This document shows, one piece after another, positions 35,167 through 44,062 of a stretch of 52,303 nucleotides of DNA. Position 1 is the stretch's first letter; the number at the start of each line of letters is the position of its first letter. The notes beneath the pieces are model-generated. The model saw only the letters and a list, made by a program, of their open reading frames with translations. It had not been told where the DNA came from and did no database searches. The DNA is from a virus. Its lineage: Duplodnaviria; Caudoviricetes. Where the stretch lies: positions 1 through 52,303 of IMG/VR virus record IMGVR_UViG_3300025669_000001, one strand, 5' to 3'. The position numbers and the translations under genes are program-made.

Positions 35167-35225
35167 TAGTCAAAGATTCTCATAACAATACGGTAGAATG
35201 TTCAAAGGGTGATTGATAATTAAAT

Positions 35226-35582
35226 ATGAAATATAATCCACACATAAGGCACAACCCAATAGACACTAATGTTTTTTACAGATTCTATAAGAACGCCATG
35301 ACTAAGAAAACAAAAGTAACAGATATTACCTTTACCTTCCCAAACGATGAAAGCATAAACATGGGTGACGGTACAATGTTTATACCAAGAGACATGAGGA
35401 CATTTAAAATGATACTCGCAATAACAATAAACTTAGTGTTGCTTTCAGGTTTAACGTTTTGTACATTGTTTGTACTGGCAATGGGTAGTTCGTTAATGAT
35501 CGGGATTGCCTTTGTTGTGGATTTAGCGTATGTCCTGAATGTGATATTGTATGTGATTCCGCATTTTAAAAAAGGTAAGTAG
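35226..35582 (+). CDS. Two-TM membrane protein (start uncertain)
   Basis: Two long C-terminal hydrophobic segments. Confidence 0.55.
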   Translation: MKYNPHIRHNPIDTNVFYRFYKNAMTKKTKVTDITFTFPNDESINMGDGTMFIPRDMRTFKMILAITINLVLLSGLTFCTLFVLAMGSSLMIGIAFVVDLAYVLNVILYVIPHFKKGK

Positions 35583-35584
35583 AA

Positions 35585-36631
35585 ATGTTCAACATGACTA
35601 ACCAAGCTTTAAAACTGTACAGCATTGAAAAGGGAATGATAGTTCCTGAATTCCATGATCCAAATTGCGGTTGCTATTCTAAATTTGTTAGCAAAGTAAT
35701 TGCACGTAACCACAGGAACAAAGCCGTTAACGATCTTGTAAAAGAATACTTCAACATCTACATGGATGAAGTTGAAATTTACGAGACTGAATTGTTAAAA
35801 GTTTTAGGCCTTCCATCACTGAATGCAGTACGTGCAGACTTTGCGAGTAAGCAGGTTGATGAAGTTTATGTTGCACCTGAAAACTGGCAGGGCAAGACGG
35901 ACGCTGTACTGAAAGGCTGGTATCAATCCATTGCACTAGATCCCGACAAGTTCCCTACAATGGCTCTCACTGGTTATTCTATAGGATTACAGAAAACGCA
36001 GGAACGCATTATAATGGCAACGCCTGCTGATAAAATAGATGAAGTTAGAATTAACGCTATATTCGCACAACCAAGCAGCGAGTCAGTTCAGAGAATAGTT
36101 ACACAGGGACAGAGTAGATTAAAGACCAAGACACTCGTTGACTTCCAGAAAATCATCAATCAAGAGATTATAACAGGTGTTGCAAACAACCAAACGCCAA
36201 TGTACATCGCAAGACAGATTCACCGCAGAGTCGGAGAGGGTCGTGCGTGGGATTGGTTAAGATTCACACGTTCGGAAATTGTTTTAGCATATGAAAGGGC
36301 TTATAACGATCAGGCAAATAAGCAAGGCATTAACTACGATAGGTGGTCAACTAGCTCTAATCCTTGTCTTATTTGCAGCCCTTTAAACAATCATGTATGG
36401 AAGCGTGGAGAAGGGCCAGAACCAGTGTCGAACACACACCCGAACTGTTATTGTATTCGCATTCCCCTATTTACATGGTCTGGCACAATTCAAAACAAAT
36501 GGAACATCGAAAGCCCCTACGGAAAAGGTATGAAGATTGAAATAGGCTACTTCCACGCAATGCATATTCAGAATGAGGTTGATAGATTGAAGGCACTTGA
36601 AAAGTTGTTTCAAATTAAGATAATGGTATAG
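35585..36631 (+). CDS. Minor head morphogenesis protein (Mu gpF/SPP1 gp7-like)
   Basis: RFTRSEIV.AY..W..CLIC..THPNCYC. Confidence 0.85.
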   Translation: MFNMTNQALKLYSIEKGMIVPEFHDPNCGCYSKFVSKVIARNHRNKAVNDLVKEYFNIYMDEVEIYETELLKVLGLPSLNAVRADFASKQVDEVYVAPENWQGKTDAVLKGWYQSIALDPDKFPTMALTGYSIGLQKTQERIIMATPADKIDEVRINAIFAQPSSESVQRIVTQGQSRLKTKTLVDFQKIINQEIITGVANNQTPMYIARQIHRRVGEGRAWDWLRFTRSEIVLAYERAYNDQANKQGINYDRWSTSSNPCLICSPLNNHVWKRGEGPEPVSNTHPNCYCIRIPLFTWSGTIQNKWNIESPYGKGMKIEIGYFHAMHIQNEVDRLKALEKLFQIKIMV

Positions 36632-36640
36632 GGGTTAATT

Positions 36641-36856
36641 ATGGATGATTATACTTTTAAAAACGGACAGAAATTTAAGGCTATGTATTTATCTGATGGG
36701 GTCAGTATTACAGTTGGCGAACATGGCTTTGAAAAAATATTGGTTGTGATGGAGTCAGGTCAAATGGCTGGCGTTCATTGGTTTGTAGTATGGAAAGATG
36801 GAAAGCTATTTGGCAAGTACAATGGCGCACTGGTTGAGACTGTTTTATTTTTATAG
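36641..36856 (+). CDS. Hypothetical protein
   Basis: AGGGGTTAATTATG start. Confidence 0.65.
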   Translation: MDDYTFKNGQKFKAMYLSDGVSITVGEHGFEKILVVMESGQMAGVHWFVVWKDGKLFGKYNGALVETVLFL

Positions 36857-36857
36857 C

Positions 36858-36886
36858 TTGACATTCTTGTTAATAATTATTACATT
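36858..36886 (+). promoter_or_regulatory. Sigma70-type promoter of insert 2
   Basis: TTGACA-17-TACATT. Confidence 0.75.
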
Positions 36887-36917
36887 GAAGGTACATGTTA
36901 ATTAAGCGAGGTGAATT

Positions 36918-37112
36918 ATGTTACTATCTATCGGTAAAGCAATTTTAATTTGTGTCACAGTGAGCAGCACATTCAGGGCTATATCTGCTATGTTTTGTTT
37001 ATCTAGTAGTAGAATCGACCCTGCTGAATTTTTGACAGATGCGATAAAGCGTACCTTATTTCTATACCCAGCCCTCTTGTGGGGATTCGTGTATTTTTTA
37101 ATTCTATCTTAA
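36918..37112 (+). CDS. Small membrane protein
   Basis: GAGGTG RBS; hydrophobic. Confidence 0.55.
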   Translation: MLLSIGKAILICVTVSSTFRAISAMFCLSSSRIDPAEFLTDAIKRTLFLYPALLWGFVYFLILS

Positions 37113-37119
37113 CGAGGGG

Positions 37120-37419
37120 TTGACCATGCATATTGACGGAAATAAATTAGCGCACATGGCAGATGTAAACTTTTTATTGGGACGATCCATGAAGTCAGGT
37201 GGAATGAGTCTTAGTAGCGAACGTGATACAGGTATTTCAAGTAATTCCATAGTTGCAATAGCGTACGGGATTGGGGAACTTTCACAACAAGAGTTGCCAT
37301 CTGATTCTAATGATTTGCAGGCTTGTAGGAATATGTGGCACAAGTTACCTGGTCACAGACAAACAGAAGATGCAATTCAGGCAATGGTGAATGCTGAAAA
37401 TTTTAAGGATAAGAAATGA
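37120..37419 (+). CDS. Hypothetical protein
   Basis: GAGGGG RBS; PSDSNDLQAC motif. Confidence 0.6.
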   Translation: MTMHIDGNKLAHMADVNFLLGRSMKSGGMSLSSERDTGISSNSIVAIAYGIGELSQQELPSDSNDLQACRNMWHKLPGHRQTEDAIQAMVNAENFKDKK

Positions 37420-37616
37420 AAATAAACATAAGTAATAAAAGTAAATTCGCAATTGCCATAATGTTATGTATCTCGATAGCTGGTGCAATTGACTACTTCA
37501 TTCCAAAGTGTACGGTATTTGTCGGGGTTGTTTTAGGTGTAATAATGGCTGTCCTATTTTTTGAAATTATAAGTATAACCACTAAGGAAGTCGGGGGGAG
37601 TGATGGAGAGAATTAG
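37416..37616 (+). CDS. Small two-TM membrane protein
   Basis: Two hydrophobic segments. Confidence 0.55.
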   Translation: MKINISNKSKFAIAIMLCISIAGAIDYFIPKCTVFVGVVLGVIMAVLFFEIISITTKEVGGSDGEN

Positions 37617-37932
37617 AACCGACAGATTTGAGCATTTGCCAACGGGTAATTTTAGGGAGGCACTGGACAAGTTAATCGGATCAGGCGAAAAGGTTGATGG
37701 TGTTGTAAGGTTTTCAAGTCAACCCGCAATATCATTTGAGATAGTCGATAGATGCAAAGATAACGATACTGAAATCCAACCTACTGTAATCCATTTCGAC
37801 AATCCAGATGTAACGATTAGATACGAGTTGGGTTTGTGGTCATGGATTAAAGTCAAGTGCAAGATGTTGAAAAACACAGTACATAATTCAATATTAAGGC
37901 TGGGACATTTGATTAAGAAAGAGGGGGAATGA
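37600..37932 (+). CDS. Hypothetical protein
   Basis: GGGGGG RBS. Confidence 0.55.
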   Translation: MMERIRTDRFEHLPTGNFREALDKLIGSGEKVDGVVRFSSQPAISFEIVDRCKDNDTEIQPTVIHFDNPDVTIRYELGLWSWIKVKCKMLKNTVHNSILRLGHLIKKEGE

Positions 37933-38022
37933 TGAATCTTAAAGACCATGCAAAAGAACTTGAACATATGAGGTATACACTATGAAAATACTGTTTTTTA
38001 TTGCTCGAATTAAAGGATTACG

Positions 38023-38937
38023 ATGCCTAAACTAAAATGCAAAATATGTAAAAATGAAGTTTCTCTTTTCAAACAAGACTATGCCAAAGTAAAAGATAAG
38101 GACAAGTATGTCTGTCTTTGCTGTTTCTCAATTATCTATTTCAAAGCATATCCTAAAGGTAAGACAACATTGTTTGCACCCATCGGAACTAAAGAGGTAG
38201 GGACTGCTTTAGGTGATCAGATTTTAACTCAGCTTGTATTTGATGAATACATAAAGGACAACCCACAAGAAAACGTTATTGTCCTTAAACCTGAAAATGA
38301 TGTATTAAAATGGATCAAAGAGTTCAACCCTGACAAGATATTCATAAGCGAATTTGATTCTGGAAATAAAGAAGAAGTAGAAAGCAATCCCAAAACAATA
38401 AAATACAGAATGATAAATGAAATATGTAACTATGCGAGAGATGGGATATATCCAGAGAACCCGTTTAAGCCAAAGTATGTATTCCATAAAGATTTCAAGT
38501 ATGCAGTAATGCACGTAAGAAACATTGATAAACGTCCTGACCAAATGCAGACAAGGGACGGCAAGATTGACATTAAAAAGAACATGCCGAAAGAAGAAGC
38601 ACGGGCAATAGCAATGGAGTTGGTAAACGAGATGCCCGTTGTTATTGTTGGTAATGACAGATCAGATGATGAATTGTATACCTTGCACAATGTATTGGAT
38701 TTTAGATACGAGCTTTCATTGAACCAGATAGCCGGAGTCCTTGAAAACTGTCAACTATTTGTAGGTCGTGATTCCGGTCTGGTTCATTTAGCTGCTGCAT
38801 GTAAAGCAAATATCATAGCGTACAATTTCACTGGAAAACAATGGTTCCCCAAAATAGAACAATCTAAATTTAAAGCCTTCCTCAGAAACGTTGAATTCTC
38901 CGAAGTACTGCAAGAAATAAAAAACTTTCCTTTTTAA
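38023..38937 (+). CDS. GT9 (heptosyltransferase-like) glycosyltransferase with N-terminal Zn ribbon
   Basis: ALGDQIL; LSLNQIAGVLENCQLFVGRDSGLVHLAAA; N-terminal CKIC..CLCC. Confidence 0.8.
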   Translation: MPKLKCKICKNEVSLFKQDYAKVKDKDKYVCLCCFSIIYFKAYPKGKTTLFAPIGTKEVGTALGDQILTQLVFDEYIKDNPQENVIVLKPENDVLKWIKEFNPDKIFISEFDSGNKEEVESNPKTIKYRMINEICNYARDGIYPENPFKPKYVFHKDFKYAVMHVRNIDKRPDQMQTRDGKIDIKKNMPKEEARAIAMELVNEMPVVIVGNDRSDDELYTLHNVLDFRYELSLNQIAGVLENCQLFVGRDSGLVHLAAACKANIIAYNFTGKQWFPKIEQSKFKAFLRNVEFSEVLQEIKNFPF

Positions 38938-38947
38938 AAAATAACAC

Positions 38948-39024
38948 TTGACATTGTCAGTAATTATCCTTATTTGAATCCCGAATGTGTAAACTTGAGT
39001 TTACAGTGTAAACCTGAATTAACA
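38948..39024 (+). promoter_or_regulatory. Probable late promoter with tandem palindromic operator-like boxes
   Basis: TTGACA overlapping the palindrome TGACATTGTCA; weak -10; GTGTAAACTTGAGTTTACA plus GTGTAAACCTGAATTAACA (38987-39024). Confidence 0.55.
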
Positions 39025-39039
39025 TAGAGGGGTTTTCCC

Positions 39040-39255
39040 ATGCCTAAATTAGAATGCAGATGCGGTGCGAAAGTTGACGTAATGGTCAGTGATTATAACC
39101 GCCTAACGAAGAATGGAACCGTACAAGCTAAGAAACTAGCCGGTTGTGGCGTTTGTCGTGCAAGTCGAGGCAAGAGCAAGATGGTTGAAGAGAAAGTAAC
39201 AAAAGAGATTAAGGAACCGGTTAACACTCCCGTCAAACATGATTATAAGAAATAG
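39040..39255 (+). CDS. Small Zn-ribbon protein
   Basis: MPKLECRCG..GCGVC; GAGGGG RBS. Confidence 0.6.
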   Translation: MPKLECRCGAKVDVMVSDYNRLTKNGTVQAKKLAGCGVCRASRGKSKMVEEKVTKEIKEPVNTPVKHDYKK

Positions 39256-39264
39256 GCGGGAACT

Positions 39265-40680
39265 ATGAAGTCTTTAAAAACCACAAGTGAGAATATAGTA
39301 TTTGAATGTCCGTCAAGTCTGAGATTTAAAAGCGCAAGTGTACGGGCAGATGGTGGAAAGCTGTTCTTTTTGAATTCAGAGTTTAAGGATGAGAAGAGTT
39401 GCCTGAATTGGATCAAGGGCGGTACACCTGATAATATCACAATACGTAAATCACCCTTTCAATCAATAGTTGAAAAATCTGTCATGTCTGAAAGCGATTG
39501 GGATTTAATTGAACCCATGCTTCCGACTAAAGGATTAAAGTCAGATCAGTTCGTTTCGTTTAACGACTATCTGGCTTTTAACGTTATTGATAGAGATATG
39601 GACAGATTCCCCAAAAAGGTATTGAGTAGACTTTCAAAGACACTTGTAGGCCGTCCTAAGTTGATAGGTCATAACTGGTCTCTCCCCGGTGTTGGCAAGT
39701 ACTATAAAACAACCCTAAAGAAAGTCACCGTTGATGAAATGATAAAGATGGCCCCGAACCCTCATAGCAAATACAGATCAATGCTTGAAGAGATTGAGGA
39801 AATAGACAAGGGCTTATTCTGGCTAGTTGGAACTTATTACATCCCTGTTCACAAAGATGAAATGATTGCAGACATAGGAACAGGTTTAACAAACTCATCC
39901 ATTGGCATGATCGGAGTAGCATATGACATGGTTGCGGATGACAAAGGTAATCTGAAGTATTGGGAATACGTTTTAACCGAACGCTTGCAAGCAACTGAGG
40001 GATCGTTTGTTGGTGTTGAATCTCAATACGGAGCACAAACAAGAAAGGAACACACGCCTACGCCCATAGGCGATGAAAGCCACTCAAATAAGGGTGGTGA
40101 TATAGAGGGAGATCATTTAGATAAAGATGATGAACCCTTGGCGATTGAAAGTACTAAAGGAGTTAATATGAAAATTGAATTAAAATCAATTGGTATTGTA
40201 AAGGAAATTACTGAGATGGTTGAGCTGCCCCATGTCCTTGAATCAATTGAAACAAAAGTTTCTGATATTGTTGATGAAAATACAAGCCTAAAAGAACAGG
40301 TCGAAACATTGACAACTGAAAGAGACGAAGCGGTTAAAGTGCAAGATGATTTTAATGCACTTAAAGATTCTGTTGGCGATTTGAAACCAGAGCAGGTTAA
40401 AGCCGCACATGAATCTATTGAGAAAACAGCCAAAGAAGCTGAAGAGTTGAAGCTTGACTTGGTGAAAAAAGTAGTAGCCGGTTACATTCTGAATAAGTCT
40501 TTAGAAGACACACCGGAGAAAGTCGAAAAACGTACTGCATCATTAATGCTATGGGATATTGACGAACTAAAAGATATTGAGAAATCCCTGGAATTAGAAA
40601 CTGCCGAACCGGGTACACCCCAGAGTGGCGGTAATGGTGAAGCTGAGAAGAAGTATGTCCCAAAATTAAGTTTAGGTTAA
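39265..40680 (+). CDS. Prohead protease/scaffold protein
   Basis: IDRDMDRF..LIGHNW..SSIG..EGSFVGVESQYGA; coiled-coil C-terminal half; upstream of capsid. Confidence 0.8.
   Translation: MKSLKTTSENIVFECPSSLRFKSASVRADGGKLFFLNSEFKDEKSCLNWIKGGTPDNITIRKSPFQSIVEKSVMSESDWDLIEPMLPTKGLKSDQFVSFNDYLAFNVIDRDMDRFPKKVLSRLSKTLVGRPKLIGHNWSLPGVGKYYKTTLKKVTVDEMIKMAPNPHSKYRSMLEEIEEIDKGLFWLVGTYYIPVHKDEMIADIGTGLTNSSIGMIGVAYDMVADDKGNLKYWEYVLTERLQATEGSFVGVESQYGAQTRKEHTPTPIGDESHSNKGGDIEGDHLDKDDEPLAIESTKGVNMKIELKSIGIVKEITEMVELPHVLESIETKVSDIVDENTSLKEQVETLTTERDEAVKVQDDFNALKDSVGDLKPEQVKAAHESIEKTAKEAEELKLDLVKKVVAGYILNKSLEDTPEKVEKRTASLMLWDIDELKDIEKSLELETAEPGTPQSGGNGEAEKKYVPKLSLG
40168..40680 (+). CDS. Nested in-frame scaffolding protein
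   Basis: AAAGGAG RBS before in-frame ATG 40168, following an acidic linker. Confidence 0.6.
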   Translation: MKIELKSIGIVKEITEMVELPHVLESIETKVSDIVDENTSLKEQVETLTTERDEAVKVQDDFNALKDSVGDLKPEQVKAAHESIEKTAKEAEELKLDLVKKVVAGYILNKSLEDTPEKVEKRTASLMLWDIDELKDIEKSLELETAEPGTPQSGGNGEAEKKYVPKLSLG

Positions 40681-40690
40681 GGAGTTAAAG

Positions 40691-41152
40691 ATGGGTGACA
40701 TTTTACAAAGAGGTGGAACAAAAGGTGGACTGATAGTAACCGGTTGTATTCCTGACGCTACCTTTCTAGCGGAACTCAAAGTTCTGATTGCAGCAGATAC
40801 AGAGATTGAAAACTTGATGGTCGGCCTTACCTTTGCCGACAATTATGAAGTGACAAGCCCCGCAGACGGTGCAGCCCCCGATGGGATCATTATTGCGCAC
40901 AGAGAAACAAGTGCCGCTGCCGGTAGTAGCTATGAATTGACAGTAAGAATGATCAATTACACAGATCAAAACGGTAACTTACATGCACCGGTAGCAGTCC
41001 AGACATTCCTATATAGTACAGTTCTTGCGTTACAGGATACGGTTGTTATTGATGGTGCTGATTACAAGTATGTAAAAGATGGGACAACGGGCGGTTTTGG
41101 TGTTGTAATTTCGGTTGACACCACTAACACAGAAGTAGACGTTTTAATCTAA
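40691..41152 (+). CDS. Head decoration/cement protein
   Basis: 153 aa beta-rich protein between scaffold and capsid. Confidence 0.65.
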   Translation: MGDILQRGGTKGGLIVTGCIPDATFLAELKVLIAADTEIENLMVGLTFADNYEVTSPADGAAPDGIIIAHRETSAAAGSSYELTVRMINYTDQNGNLHAPVAVQTFLYSTVLALQDTVVIDGADYKYVKDGTTGGFGVVISVDTTNTEVDVLI

Positions 41153-41165
41153 AGGAGAAAACCCA

Positions 41166-42278
41166 ATGGCTAACATTGTAAAAGAAAAAGGATTAAAAGG
41201 GGTTGACTTCATAGATGATAACTTTACAGTTGACATCTACAAAGAAGCCCGTGATAATGATGTAACCGTTTCAATGATGCTCGAAGAGGCAAGACAGGAT
41301 AAACGTGCCGAAGCTTCACCGTACATCGGAATGGACAAATCTGAAGTAATGAAAATGAAAGCAGGAATGAAAGCAGCCGGTCTAATTGCACCACAGACAG
41401 CACTTGAAGAGGCTCTTCAGAAATCAGGCATTCGGTTAACTGATAAAGTGGACAAGTTCTTTTCATACGGTAACACTGAATTGTTATTTCCTGAAGTTAT
41501 TTCAGATCAGGTTTATTCAGGTGAATTGAAAAACTCACAGGTTGACCAGATTGTATTTAACCGTGAAGTAATTGATTCAGACAGTTTCTCTAAACTTTAT
41601 CTTGACCAGCCTGAAAAAGATATTGATTTACGAGAGATCGTAAAGCTTGAAGATCTGCCCGAGACACAAATCAGAACAAGCGAACGTAACATTCGATTGA
41701 ATATGTACGGACGTTATCTGAAGATTTCCAAATACGACCGTAACAAAATGAGCATTAAAGCGTTGAGTCGTTTCTTGGATCTTATCGGATTACAGATTGC
41801 CGTACGGAAAACTGATCTTATGTATTACAGAGCAAGAAATGGTGACGGTAACACAGGGAGCACACCTGGTTCAACCCTGACCTGTGGTGATGGTGCTGAT
41901 GCAATCAGTTTCAAAAATACTATCGCATGGGCCGCACAACTTCCTACACCGTACAAACTTGATAAATTCGCAGTTAGAAAAACCAACTGGATTACTTGGA
42001 TTACTCGCTTGTACGATGGAACTACAACCTCAATCGGTAACGATAAATTTAACGCTTTCCCCGAAGCTTTAGAATGGGACAGATCAGTAGCGTTGACTGC
42101 AAACTATGGTATCGGTTTTGATACACGTTATGCAATCGAAGAAGTCTCAACCGGTGCGCCTCTTGTCGAAGCAGAGAATATCGTGAGACAGGTTGGTGAA
42201 GGAACAGCAATCTCAACTATGTTTGAATTCACAATTGGCGATAACGATGCAATTGCAGTTCTGGATATGAGTTCATAA
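41166..42278 (+). CDS. Major capsid protein
   Basis: 370 aa; LLFPEVI..E.EDLPE..MYGRYLKIS pattern (HK97-like); strong RBS; position. Confidence 0.85.
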   Translation: MANIVKEKGLKGVDFIDDNFTVDIYKEARDNDVTVSMMLEEARQDKRAEASPYIGMDKSEVMKMKAGMKAAGLIAPQTALEEALQKSGIRLTDKVDKFFSYGNTELLFPEVISDQVYSGELKNSQVDQIVFNREVIDSDSFSKLYLDQPEKDIDLREIVKLEDLPETQIRTSERNIRLNMYGRYLKISKYDRNKMSIKALSRFLDLIGLQIAVRKTDLMYYRARNGDGNTGSTPGSTLTCGDGADAISFKNTIAWAAQLPTPYKLDKFAVRKTNWITWITRLYDGTTTSIGNDKFNAFPEALEWDRSVALTANYGIGFDTRYAIEEVSTGAPLVEAENIVRQVGEGTAISTMFEFTIGDNDAIAVLDMSS

Positions 42279-42289
42279 GAAAAGGAGAA

Positions 42290-42583
42290 ATGAAGATGCA
42301 GGAAAAAGTTGGAAAAAACAAAAAGCAGAAAATCGAAACACTTTGGGCAACCCCTATGCTTGACAGACCGGTGCAATTAACTGATCCGTCTTATATGGTT
42401 GAAGATGAAGATGGTAACATTGAAGCTTTTGCCGTAGCATGGAATAAGGATGAACTTGAAACACCCAAAGAAGTTCCGAATACATCAACCTTTGCAGGGT
42501 ATGCAGAAATCAAACATATTCAGTTTGTGAATGCGCCAAAGTCAAAAGTGAAGGTTGAGAAAGAACCAACTGCTAAAGGATAA
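42290..42583 (+). CDS. Hypothetical protein after capsid gene
   Basis: AAGGAG RBS. Confidence 0.6.
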   Translation: MKMQEKVGKNKKQKIETLWATPMLDRPVQLTDPSYMVEDEDGNIEAFAVAWNKDELETPKEVPNTSTFAGYAEIKHIQFVNAPKSKVKVEKEPTAKG

Positions 42584-42592
42584 GGAGGAATA

Positions 42593-43552
42593 ATGAAGTT
42601 TAGAAATACATTAATAGTTCTGCTTTGCCTCTTACTTGTTGGTGTTGCATTTGGTCAGACTCCAAGACCTTCAGTGAGAACATCATGGTTTGAAACAGTA
42701 CAGTGGATTTTGACAGGTTCGGAAACGTTAACCAATAAAACGCTAACATCCCCAACTATTGACGGGTTAATGACATTGACCACAGTAGCAACTGGAATTG
42801 ATATTAACGGAACGTCTGCCGGTTTAGACATTAATCATTATTCAGTAGATACGGATTTTGATCAAGGCGCAGTCGCTGCCGGTGCTTATCTCAGTCGTGG
42901 CAATATTACTGGAGTAGGTTCTTATGTTGATTGCATTGGTAACATTGATCATGTATACGCTACTCGTGGCGGTTCTTACATGGCTATGGCCGCAGATGCT
43001 GAAGTAAACCAGTTTTATGGCGGGATGTTTAACGCTAACGCCTCAGGTGCACACACACTCACATTACATGATGGCTTGGTTGGATTAAAGTCAACTGTCA
43101 CCGTAGACGCTGGCGTGACCGATGTAACCGGTGGAATCGTTGCTGGGCTGTTTGTAAACACTCAGCCGATAGCAAAAAATCTTACCTCGGCAACTTATGG
43201 AATCTATGAAAAGATTGGTGGTTACACTGATTATGGAATGGCTGTTCAGGTTGGTGCAAACAACACGACTTCGGGGATACGGATTCAGGCAACTGATTCC
43301 GCAGTACTTCCAAATGGTCTTGAGATTAGTACAAATGTAGGAACGATACAGGCCAACATTCTAACGTCAAGTGGTGCTAAGATTTTCACAGGTACTGCCG
43401 CTAATGGCGATGCTGTTTATGCAGAGGTTGGTGCTTATGATGCAATAGGTTCTATCTATTTAAATCACACTAACGGTTATATCTATATTCAGGTTGCTAA
43501 TGCTGGATCAGAATCTGATTGGTATAAAGTAACTGCTACTAACGCAGATTAA
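42593..43552 (+). CDS. Signal-peptide-bearing fibre/decoration-like protein
   Basis: MKFRNTLIVLLCLLLVGVAFG|Q; ETLTNKTLTSPTI; G/A/T-rich; C-terminal GSIYL..IYI..W. Confidence 0.7.
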   Translation: MKFRNTLIVLLCLLLVGVAFGQTPRPSVRTSWFETVQWILTGSETLTNKTLTSPTIDGLMTLTTVATGIDINGTSAGLDINHYSVDTDFDQGAVAAGAYLSRGNITGVGSYVDCIGNIDHVYATRGGSYMAMAADAEVNQFYGGMFNANASGAHTLTLHDGLVGLKSTVTVDAGVTDVTGGIVAGLFVNTQPIAKNLTSATYGIYEKIGGYTDYGMAVQVGANNTTSGIRIQATDSAVLPNGLEISTNVGTIQANILTSSGAKIFTGTAANGDAVYAEVGAYDAIGSIYLNHTNGYIYIQVANAGSESDWYKVTATNAD

Positions 43553-43559
43553 GTAACAG

Positions 43560-43595
43560 CTTTACAGGCGACCTCTAAGCAGGTCGCCTGTAAAG
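43560..43595. repeat. Perfect 15-bp inverted repeat
   Basis: CTTTACAGGCGACCT-CTAAGC-AGGTCGCCTGTAAAG; no U tract. Confidence 0.9.
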
Positions 43596-43699
43596 GGATA
43601 CAACGGGTACGGCACTGACTTTAAGTTTAACACAGGACGGGAATTGTACCAATAAATTCAGATTAGAAGAGAGAAACAGAAAACACAAAAGGGGTTACA

Positions 43700-44059
43700 A
43701 TGAAAACTTTAACAACCATACTTTTAGTACTCGCACTAACACTTCCTTTATATTCACAAAGCAAAGTAAATTCAGATATAGTTGTCACTGAGACACTTGA
43801 ACAGGTTAAAGCGAAATGTGTTAGCCTTGAAAAGCAAGTAAAGCAGTTAGGTGAAGAGGGTCAAATCTATAAAAAGCTTTTGCTCAAAACTTTACTCGAG
43901 GGCGTAGACGTTAATAATTTTATCCTTGAAACATATCTTGGACTACAGGTTTCTAAAGAGCAGTTAAAAAATGCAAGTGAGATTATAAGTGCATTGAACA
44001 AAGCAAAGACAGATGAAGACGCAATCGAAATAATGAAACGTTACAAAATTAGGAAATAG
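43700..44059 (+). CDS. Signal-peptide helical protein
   Basis: MKTLTTILLVLALTLPLYS|Q followed by coiled coil. Confidence 0.65.
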   Translation: MKTLTTILLVLALTLPLYSQSKVNSDIVVTETLEQVKAKCVSLEKQVKQLGEEGQIYKKLLLKTLLEGVDVNNFILETYLGLQVSKEQLKNASEIISALNKAKTDEDAIEIMKRYKIRK

Positions 44060-44062
44060 AAA

